Shown here piece after piece: positions 49,987-61,300 of a stretch of DNA of 64,000 nt. Source of the DNA: Anaeramoeba ignava BMAN (lineage: Eukaryota > Protista > Anaeramoebae); NCBI GenBank assembly GCA_028826165.1, contig JAPDFW010000071.1, forward strand, positions 381,698 through 445,697, written 5' to 3'. A program made the translations under genes and the position numbers. A model generated the notes under the pieces. The model made no database searches and was not told the origin of the DNA. It worked only from the letters and a program-made list of their open reading frames with translations. Every line of letters begins with the position of its first letter. The stretch's first letter is position 1.

Positions 49987-51496
49987 TTAAGATGTGATAA
50001 AACAAGAAACAGCTCCTCCAATTACACATAATAAATAAACTTCAATAAAAGGATAATAAATATGATGAATGGAAATGCTTTCCAAATAAAGAATCAAAAA
50101 AAGAAAAAAAATGGAAGCAAAAAAAGTGACAGCTAAACCGATAGAAGGAAAACCCAAAAAACAAGAAGAAACAAAAAAAATAAGAAGATAAGCTAAAAGG
50201 GGAGTAAAAACCAGACCATAATTCCAATGTATTTTGCCATCAATCCGCAATCCCAAAAAAATGAAGAAAATAATAAGATCAATAGCGAAAGAAACTGGAG
50301 CAACAGCATCTGCAGAATCACCTTTTCCATAAATAGCATCATAAATAAAAAAAGAAGGAACAAAAACAAAAAGAACAAAAAACGGAATAAAAATAGCGCA
50401 CCAAGAACACTTAATAAAATCATCAACTCGCAAACCGATCAGGATAATTTGTATGAAAAAAAGAAGCACAATTCCAAAAAAGAAAACGGTTTCATCAATG
50501 CAATAATGTCGAACAACAATACGATAATACAAGGATAAACCGATAAGAAAAGTTAAAAAAAATAAAGGAATCAAAACAGATAAATTCATTATGGATAGTT
50601 TCGTATTCATTCCTCCTTCGATCCGAACTGTAAGCAAAATGCTGTATATGAGACATGCGACTGAAAAAATAAACCCAATAATATTCAAATGATTCAAAAG
50701 GATATTTTCAACTTTTTCTCTTGATTCTTCTTTTTTCTTGTTTTTTTGTTTTCTTTCCTCTTTGATTTTCCGTTCTTTAAATGTTTTATCAATTTTTCTT
50801 CCTTTTGCAAGCATTTCTTCTTTTGGATTTTCTAAAGAGTTGATGTAATCAATTCTTTGCTTTTTTGTTGATGCTAAAATTGGTTTTCTTACGCCAGAAT
50901 AGCTTGAATTCTGGTCTTGAACTGACGAGTTATCAATTTTATTGTTATGGAAATATTTCTTCATTCTTTTCTCTCTTGATTTATCCATTGATTTAAAATG
51001 TTTTTTGCTTAAATTTGGGAATTTTGGATCTTGTTTTTGGATTGAAATCAACTCCATTTCTTGTTCAATTAATGTTTGAAATCCAATAATTTTTTGATCT
51101 GTAATTCTTGTATTTGGTTCAAAATAATCAAATATGAAAAATTGTTGATAAGATTTTGCAATTCTTCTCCATGTTTCTTGATCATTAAAAATTTCTTGGA
51201 AATAACAACAAGTTAAACCCAATCTAACAAAATCACCAGGAGCTAAATATTCACAAATTGTCATTAAAACTATTTTGAATTTATAATAAAATAATAAAAT
51301 AAAATTATTTCTTATTCTTATTCTTATTCTTATTTTTACTTTCTGGTGGTAATAAATCAATTATTAAATTTTGGATTTGAGGTTTTTCAGTTAATTTTTC
51401 AGTTGTTTCCATAAAATTTCCTCTTTGTAAAATATTTAAATGAATTGAAGAAATTTGACAAACTCCTTTTGATTTATAAATTAAAATTGAAAACAT
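49987..51496 (-). CDS. F-box + multi-TM protein, paralog 2; exons 51496-51340, 51269-49987
   Basis: LIIDLLPPE|ILMTICEYLAPGDFVRLGLTCCYF; same phase-1 intron as paralog 1 but only 70 nt. Confidence 0.88.
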
Positions 51497-51896
51497 TTTT
51501 TTACAAATAAAAATTAAAAAAGAAAAATGATTTTTTTATTTTGATTTTTTTTATAAAATTTTACTTTTGAAAAAGAAAAGAAAAAAACAATGGAAGAAAA
51601 GAAAAGAAAAAAGAAAGAAAAAAGAAGAAAAAAGAAGAAAAAAGAAATGACACAAAAAAGAGAAACAATTTTTCTCTTTTTTTTTGTTCTTTCTGTATTA
51701 TTTCTTTTTCTTGTAAAAAAGTTGTTTGTGGAGAATTCTGAAAAGAATGAATTAAAAATTTAAAAGAATAAAAGGAAAAGAAGAAGGAATTGAAGAAGTT
51801 GAAGTTGAAGTTGAAGTTGAAAAAATTAAAAACAAAAGAAGAACAAAAGAAAAAGGGAAAAACGATAAAAGTGAATTCTATATAGAAAGAAAGTGA

Positions 51897-54800
51897 TTAT
51901 TGACCATCAAAAAGAAATTGTGCAAGTGATAAAAGATCTTGATGTTCTTGAATGATTTTGGAATCAGAAAATATTTCTTTTGCTGTATTTATTTGTTTTT
52001 CAGTTAATAAAGAATCAATTGTGACTGGAATAAATTTAGCACAATAAACAATAGTAAGAAATGAACTTCGGAAAATGATTGGATTTGTTGAAAATCGAAT
52101 AGCTGAATTAAAGAGGGAAGTAATAGCTTGATTACGAATAAGAATTCGATAATCAGGATCTGTTTTTTTTTTTATAAATAAAATTAATTAATTTTTTTGT
52201 TAATTTAAAAAAAAAAAAATTTGTAAAATTTACTTTGATTTTCTTTTGAGAAATATTCCAAAATTGAACAAGATTTTTCTTGAATTCCTTCATAATTGGG
52301 ATATTCTTGAAGAGTATTAAGAGTACTTTTCAAAATATCCAAACAAATTGTTTCATTTGGATCTTTTTGTTTTTTTTTTAAAATAAAAATTAAAAATTAG
52401 AAATAAATTTTTTTAAATGAAAATAAAAGAATTAATTTACTTGTTTTTTTCAAAACATAAAATTCAAGAATAAAACTTGAAATGTCTTGAATCAAAGGAT
52501 CTGAGAATTTTTTCATTGTTGAAAGAACTGAAATAATTGTTGGAACATCTAATAATCAAAAAAAAAATGAAAATGTTTTGTTAATTTTTTATAATTATTT
52601 TTTCAATTTGTTTTTTTTTTACCTAAATAATTAGCAACATTAGAAATCATTTTGCAACAATTAATTTGAATTCTTAAATCTGTTTCTGGTTGAGTATATC
52701 TATCCATTAAATCACGAATCCAACCAAGAACATTTCTTGAAATGAATATTTTTTTATTTTCTAAAATGAAAAAAATTAAAATTAAAATTAAAATTTAAAT
52801 TAAAATTAAAATTAAAAAATTTACCTTCATTTTGATAAGATAAATTAACTAATAGAATTAACAATTTTGTTTGAATAGCTAAATTTGATTGAAATGCTAT
52901 ATTATCTTTCAAAGTAAAAATAATGTCAACTCCAAGTTCTCGGATTTTTGTTTGATTTTCTAATTAAAATGAAAAAAATAAAAATAAAAATAAAAATAAA
53001 AATAAAAATAAAAATAAAAATAAAAATACCTTTTGCAACAGATAAATTAGCAAGTGCTAAAATGCATTTGTTTTGAATTTGTGGATCATTGGGGTGTTTT
53101 TGCATTAATGCTAAAAATTGTTCAATTCCATTTGAATCTGCAATGATTTTTTTGTTGACTATTTTTTATTTGTGTTATTATTGATAATTTTGTTAATTAA
53201 AGAAAAATAATAAAAAAAAAAATGAAAAAAATTACAAGGATGAACTGATAAATTCACTAAGAATAAACAAGACATGCATTCAAGATCATAATTATTACAA
53301 GTACTCATTAAATCCAATACTTTTGTTAATCCAGATAAAGAAGCAATTTTCTGTTGAATTTCTGTTTTTGTATTTTAAAAAAAAAAATTAAAATTAATAA
53401 ATTGATTTTAATTGAAATTTGAAAAAAAAAAATATTATTTACGATTTTCATTATAAGCTAAATTGGCAAGAAATAATAAACAATAATTTAAAATATTGTT
53501 TTCACTTCTAAATGTATCAATTGCATTGACAGCAAACTCAATAAGATTTGAATTAACAATTTGGGATTTTGAATCTATTTTGGAAAAATTTTAAATTTAA
53601 TTTTAATTTTAATTAATTTTTAATTAATTTTTAAATTTTAATTTACTTTTATTAACTGCGATATTGGATAAAAGAAGAAAAGCTTTTTCTTGAATAATTA
53701 AATCAGAAGAATTTTTCATAATGTTTTCAATTAATGAAACATGTTGAGAAATTTCTTGTTGATTTCCTAATTTGATTTTTTAAATGAAAAAAAAAAAGTA
53801 AATAAAATTTTGTTTTTCGATTTTTTGTTTTTGTTTACTTGTATTATTATAAGCTAAATTAGCTAAAGCAACAAAAGATTTTTGAACAATTAAAGCTTCA
53901 GTTTGAAATTTAGTTAATGAAGAGATGATTAATGGAATTCCTTTAAGAAAAGTAATTCGATTTTGATTTGCTAAAAAAAAAAAGAAAAAAATTTTTTTTT
54001 GTGTGAATTTTGTAAAGAAATATTTTAAAAAAAAATAATAGAAAATTACAAGTTGAAATGGAAAGATTCACAAGAGCTGTTGTTCCATTGAGATGAATAT
54101 TTTTACTTTCAGGATATTGTTTCATTATTGAAATGACTTGATTGACAGGTTCTCCAGACATTATTTCTTGATTTTCAGAATTTTGAAAAGAAAAATTTGC
54201 AAAAGCAAGACAGCAATTATTTTGGATTGTTTCATTATTAGTAAATCTTTGAAGAACGGAAATGATATAATCAATTCCATGATAAGTAGTTGTAATTTTT
54301 GTTTGATTTTCTAAATTGCGAAAAATTAATCCAAAAAAAAAAAAATGAGAAAAATTTTAAGTTAATTGTTTATAATAAAATTATTTACCAGGTGTATATG
54401 CTAAATGAGCAAGAGCTAAACATCCTTCTGCTTGGATTTGAGTATCTGTTGGATATTTCTTTAAAGCTTCAAAAACAGCTTCAATTCCTCCTTCTTGTGC
54501 AATTGATTGTATATTTTCTAAAAATTAAAAAAAAAAGTGGAATTTTTAGTTTTAAATTTTTTTGCTTTTTTTTTTTTTGAAAGAGATAAAATTGAAAAAA
54601 AAAAAAAAAGGGAAAAATTTACTTGTGTGATCATTTGATAATTTTGAAACCAATTCACAACTAAGAAGTTGGATTTTTTGATTATTTTTGTATTGAAGCA
54701 TTGGTTTCAATAAATCAGAAATTTTATCAAGTTCAGAAATTTTGTTTTTAATTTCTATTTTAATAAGGAAAATATTATAAATGAATATTATTGTTAAATT

Positions 54801-55224
54801 TATAATTGATTTTTTGTTTTAAATTTTTTTTGTGGGGGCATAAATTATATTTTTATTTATTAATTTTAATTAAAAAAAATTTTTTTGTTTTTTAAATTTT
54901 TAAAAAGAATTTACTTAAATTTGAAGAAAGTAAATAATTGAATGAAGTCAAAGAGTTAATTAATATTTGTGGAATATCTGGAAAATTTTCAAGAACTTCA
55001 AATAATTGAGCTATTGGTAAAGTAAGTTTTATCTCCTGACGTGTTGTTACTATTGAAGGAATAATTTTATAAAAGAGAAAAAAAAATTTTTTAATTAAAT
55101 TTTAAATAAAAAAAAAATTTCCAAAAAATTAAATTAAAAATAAATTAAAATTAAATTAAAAATTTATTATTCGTTTTCTTTTTATAAATTTACTTATATT
55201 ATTATTTTCGGTTAATGTTGTCAT
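51897..55224 (-). CDS. Armadillo-repeat protein (~699 aa; aardvark/LRRK2-ARM-like). 15 exons: 55224-55194, 55049-54915, 54754-54623, 54517-54389, 54310-54050, 53970-53839, 53766-53647, 53574-53443, 53361-53236, 53158-53030, 52959-52825, 52760-52623, 52548-52441, 52362-52234, 52159-51897
   Basis: e.g. NIQSIAQEGGIEAVFEALKKYPTDTQIQAEGCLALAHLA and NKKIIADSNGIEQFLALMQKHPNDPQIQNKCILALANLS. All 14 introns are GT-AG, phase 1, giving a 2100-nt open frame. Confidence 0.92.
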
Positions 55225-55969
55225 TTAATTATAATTTGATTGAATTTGTAAAAGAAAATGCAAATGCAAAAGTAATTAATTGTATCTGAGTTCAAAATTG
55301 ATCATTTTAAATTATTATTAAAAAATAAAAAAAAACACGTTTAATTTTAAAAGGGGGCATAAGTTAAATGGAAAGTTTTTTTTTTTTTTTTTTTTTTAAA
55401 CTTACAATTAAACAAAAGAAAATTAAAGTAAAAATTAAAAAAAAAAAAGGAAAAGAAATTAAAAGGAATAAAAGGAAAAAATATAAAAAGAAAAAATAAA
55501 AAAAATGAATTAAGCTTTTCCACATTTTTTTTTTTAAATTTAAATTTTTTTATTTAATTTTTTTTTTTGGAATTTAAGAAATTAATAAAATAAAAATTAA
55601 TTAAAAAAACAAATAGATTTCTTTAAAAGATAAAAAATCCTTTTAAAAAAAATTTTGATCTTTCTTTTTAAAAAAAAAAAAAATAAATAAAAAAATAATA
55701 ACTGCCCACAATTAAAAAAAACAAAAAATAAATTGAAATTAAAAACTCTTTTTATTTTAAATACAATTATTCAATTTTTTATTCTTTTCCAAAAAAAAAT
55801 ATAATTAATTAAATAATTAAAAAGAAATTTTAATTTATTTTTTTAAGTCAAGATCTTTTAATTTAAAAAAATTTTTTTTTTCTTTTTTGTTCTATTTTCT
55901 CATTTTTATTTATTTATTTTTTAATTTAATTTAATTTGTAATAATTAAACTTTTTTTCTTTTTTTTTTT

Positions 55970-58250
55970 ATTTATAAATAATTATTTATTTCTATTCTAA
56001 TTCTTTATATTTTTAATCAAATTTTTTTTCGAAATTTAATTTATTAAATAAGATCAAAAACTTAAATAAATTTTTAATAATAAAAATAAGAAAGAAAAAA
56101 GAAAAATTTTTATTTATATTTAAATAAATTAATTTATTTATAAATAATTATTTATTTCTATTCTAATTATTTATATTTTTAATCAAATTATTTTTGAAAA
56201 TTTAATTTATTAAATAAGATCATAAAATATAAATTTTTAATAATAAAAATAAGAAAGCAAAAGAAAACTTTTTATTTATATTTAAATAAATTAATTTATT
56301 TATAAATAATTATTTATTTCTATTCTAATTCTTTATATTTTTTAATCAAATCATTTTTGAAATTTAATTTATTAAATAAGATCATAAAATAATAATTTTT
56401 AATAATAAAAATAAGAAAGAAAAAGAAAAACTTTTTATTTATATTTAAATAAATTAATTTATTTATAAATAATTATTTATTTCTATTCTAATTCTTTATA
56501 TTTTTTAATCAAATTATTTTTGAAATTAAATTTATTAAATAAGATCATAAAATATAAATTTTTAATAATTAAAATAAGAAAGAAAAAGAAAACTTTTTAT
56601 TTATATTTAAATAAATTAATTTATTTATAAATAATTATTTATTTCTATTCTAATTCTTTATATTTTTTAATCAAATTATTTTTGAAATTAAATTTATTAA
56701 ATAAGATCATAAAATAAAAATTTTTAATAATAAAAATAAGAAAGCAAAAGAAAAATTTTTTATTTATATTTAAATTAATTAATTTATTTATAAATAATTA
56801 TTTATTTATATTCTAATTATTTATATTTTTAATCAAATTATTTTTGAAATTAAATTTATTAAATAAGATCATAAAATAAAAATTTTCAATAATAAAAATA
56901 AGAAAGAAAAAGAAAACTTTTTATTTATATTTAAATTTTTGAAATTTAATTTATTAAATAAGATCATAAAATAAAAATTTTAAAAGAGAAAAAGGGGTTA
57001 AAATAAGAAAGAAAAAGAAAACTTTTTATTTATATTTAAATAAATTAATTTATTTATAAATAATTATTTATTTCTATTTTAATTCTTTATATTTTTTAAT
57101 CAAATTATTTTTGAAATTAAATTTATTAAATAAGATCATAAAATAAAAATTAATAAAAATAAAAAGAAAAAGAAAAACTTTTTATTTATATTTAAATAAA
57201 TTAATTTATTTATAAATAATTATTTATTTCTATTTTAATTCTTTATATTTTTTAATCAAATTATTTTTGAAATTTAATTTATTAAATAAGATCATAAAAT
57301 AATAATTTTTAATAATAAAAATAAGAAAGAAAAAGAAAAATTTTTATTTATATTTAAATAAATTAATTTATTTATAAATAATTATTTATTTCTATTTTAA
57401 TTCTTAATATTTTTTAATCAAATTATTTTTGAAAATTTAATTTATTAAATAAGATCATAAAATAAAAATTTTTAATAATAAAAATAAGAAAGAAAAAGAA
57501 AACTTTTTATTTATATTTAAATAAATTAATTTATTTATAAATAATTATTTATTTATATTTTAATTCTTTTATATTTTTTTAATCAAATTTTTGAAATTTA
57601 ATTTATTAAATAAGATCATAAAATAATAATTTTTAATAATAAAAATAAGAAAGAAAAAGAAAAATTTTTATTTATATTTAAATAAATTAATTCATTTATA
57701 AATAATTATTTATTTATATTTTAATTCTTTATATTTTTTAATCAAATTATTTTGAAAAATTTAATTTATTAAATAAGATCATAAAATAAAAATTTTTAAT
57801 AATAAAAATAAGAAAGCAAAAGAAAAACTTTTTATTTATATTTAAATAAATTAATTTATTTATAAATAATTATTTATTTCTATTCTAATTCTTTATATTT
57901 TTAATCAAATTATTTTGAAAATTTAATTTATTAAATAAGATCATAAAATAAAAATTTTTAATAATAAAAATAAGAAAGAAAAAGAAAAATTTTTATTTAT
58001 ATTTAAATTTATTAATTTATTTATAAATAATTATTTATTTATATTCTAATTCTTTATATTTTTTAATCAAATTTTTTTTGAAATTTAATTTATTAAATAA
58101 GATCATAAAATAATAATTTTCAATAATAAAAATAAGAAAGAAAAAGAAAAATTTTTTATTTATATTTAAAACAATTAATTTATTTATAAATAATTATTTA
58201 TTTCTATTTTAATTCTTAATATTTTTTAATCAAATTTTTTTGGAAAAGGA
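55970..58250. repeat. ~162-bp tandem satellite, ~14 copies (one internally rearranged near 56930-57000)
   Basis: TAAGATCA recurs about every 162 bp from ~56050 to ~58100. Confidence 0.94.
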
Positions 58251-58317
58251 AAAAAAAATATTTTTTTTACATAAATTTATTCTTAGTTTGAAAAAAAAAA
58301 TTATTTGATTAAAAATT

Positions 58318-61300
58318 TCAAAATAAATTCTTTAATTTAGAAAGAAGAAATTCATAACCTGATACTGAATGTTTAAGTAAAATTGATTTTGGAAAATATC
58401 TTGGAATTAAATCAAGTATTTGTTTTTCATTTTCATCATTTGGATCAATATAGATTATGAATTTTTTAAATTTAGTTTTTTCATTAAGACAATCTTCAAT
58501 TTTCATTAATGATTTTTTCCAAAGTGAAAGGAGAATTGGTAAATTAAAATATTCAATCATTTCATTCAATTCTTTTTTCTTTTTTTCTGATATTTCCTTT
58601 TTGAATTTTTCTGAAATCTTTTCTCTTGGTTCATAAAAATATTCTTCAAAATTTAAATGTAAATTAACTAAATGTTTTAATTTTAAATTTTGAATTGAAT
58701 TTGATCCATTTTTTGTTGAAATTAAATTATTATTTCTTGATAAATGAAGATTTTTTTCTGCAAATTCAAGGAAATTTAAATTGGGAATATTATGTAAATG
58801 AATAGAATCTAATGGAATATTAGAACATGAGAAAACTACTGTTTGAATTAAACTCATACATTGATTTATTGCATTTGTTTCTTCAAGTTCTTGAATAATT
58901 TCTTTCCAAATTTGTTGTGGAATTTTTTCTTGTTGCCATCTTTGATCATTTAATCGTAATAATCTCTGATTGAAATTATCATTGAATGTAAAATATTCAA
59001 TTTTTGATTCAATCCATTTTGGTTTTGTTGTAATATTCAAAAAATCAATTAAATATTCTTTCAAAAGAATTACTGAAATTTGATAAATGTTATGATCATT
59101 AATAAAATCAATTACTTCTTCAGTATTTAAATGAATAATTTTTGATTTATCAAATTCTTCATAATTTAATGGGAAATTAATTGTAAATTTTTCAAAAGGA
59201 TCAATCAATCTCTTTACTTTTTTTTCCTTTCCATATTCCTTTATCTTTTTCTCTTTCTTTTTATGTTTATCTTTCTCTTGATTATCTTTATCTTTATCTT
59301 TATCTTTATCTTTATCTTTATCTTGATTATCTTTATCATTATCACCAAAATCAACTTCAGAAATATCATGAAAATAATCAATAGCATCATTATCAAAATG
59401 AAAAAGATTTAGATTTTGAGGATCTGCCTTTGGAGGGTTTGGGGAAAATGGATATTTATATTTATATTTATATTTATATTTATATTTATATTTATCTTTA
59501 TCTTTCTCTTTCTCTTTCTCTTTCACTTTATTATCTTTATTATCTTTATTATCTTTATATTTATGTTTATGTTTATTTTTATTTTTATCTTGATTATCTT
59601 TATCTTGGTTATCTTTATGTTTATGTTTATGTTGATGTTGATGGTTATGTTTATCTTGATTATCTTTATCTTTATCTTGATTATCTTTATCTTGGCTATC
59701 TTTATCTTTATGTTTATTTTTATTTTTATGTTTATGTTTATATTTATATTTATCTTTATCTTTATTATCTTTCTCTTTATCTTTCTCTTTATCTTTCTCT
59801 TGATTATCTGTATTTTTGAAGGAAAGGAAAAATGGATTGTTTTTCATGAAATCATCAATATCAAATCCCTTATTATTGTTTTGTTTATTATTATTGTTTT
59901 GTTGATTATGGTTATAATTATTATTATTATTATTGTTATTATTTTCCTTTTTGTCTATGTTTTTCTTTTTCTGTTTAATCAAAAATAAATATTGAATATC
60001 TTCATTTCCCATTAATTGATTATGCATTGAAATTGCATATTTGATTAAACTTGGTACACAAATAAAAACATCTTCTTCTCCTGATAAACAAAATGATATT
60101 GGAAGATTTTTACTCATTTCAATTTGTTGAAGATAATTAGGTATTTCTCTACATCCAAAAACTCCTTTAACATCTTTCCATGTTAAATTCCAAAATTTTT
60201 CAAAATCTTCATACCATTTTTCAATCTTATTGCTTTTATCTTTATTCTTACTTTCTTCATTTTTGATAAATTTTTCTATTGTTAAATTTTCAGAATCTTT
60301 CTTTGAAATTTTCCCATTTAATGTTTCCATTACATAAGAAGTAAAATTTAAAAATCCTGGAAATAAACTTAGTGAATATAATTTTTTCCAATTTTTAATA
60401 ACAAAAAAAATAATTGGAGATTTTGGAATTTCTTCATTAACATCTTCTTTAAAAAATGAAAGGAATTGTTGATAAGTTTGCCTTTTATATGTAATAGATT
60501 GATAAACCGTTTTATAATTATTTAATTCTTTAATAGCATTTTTGAATTCAATTCCTTGTTTTTCTTTTACAATTTCTAATATTTTTTGTTTCTTTTTTTG
60601 TAATTGATAACCAAAAAATGCTTCAATGTCTATTCTTTTGTTTTCATCTTTAAATTCATTAACATTTTCTGAACTAATTAATTTCCATTTATTATCACTT
60701 CCTAATTCATTTAGAAAATTATGATAAAAATGATAAACATCTTCAATTGATAAATTTAAAATTTTTGCTAATAAAATAAAATCTTCTTCAACTTTAACTT
60801 TTAAAATTTCTTTTAATTCTTGAATATTTTTGGGTTTTTTCATATTTGGATTAATAATATCATTCAAAAAATTATTTGCAAAATGATCATTAATTGTTGA
60901 AAAACACAAAATAACACAATTTGTTATAATTTTTAAAATCAAATAACAATCATATTTTAAATTTGATCTGCATTGTTCATCTTCAAGTTCATAAAATGAA
61001 TGTAAATAACCTAAAGGAGATGAGAAATCTTTTTCATTGGCTCTTGTTGTTCCATTTAATGGAGAATGGTGTGTTCCTCCAATTTTTTCATTACAAACAG
61101 GACAAAATCCAATTTCATCTGGTTCTGCACATTGACCAATATAAAAAACATGATTATTTTTACATTTCCACCAAGCTCTTCCTCCTTTCAAATATTCTTT
61201 TAATAAAGGATGTCCTGGCATTCCAATCCAATATATTTCTTTCAATTCTTTCATTGTATTGATTGTTGAAGATTCTTCATATTTTTGCATCATTTCATTT

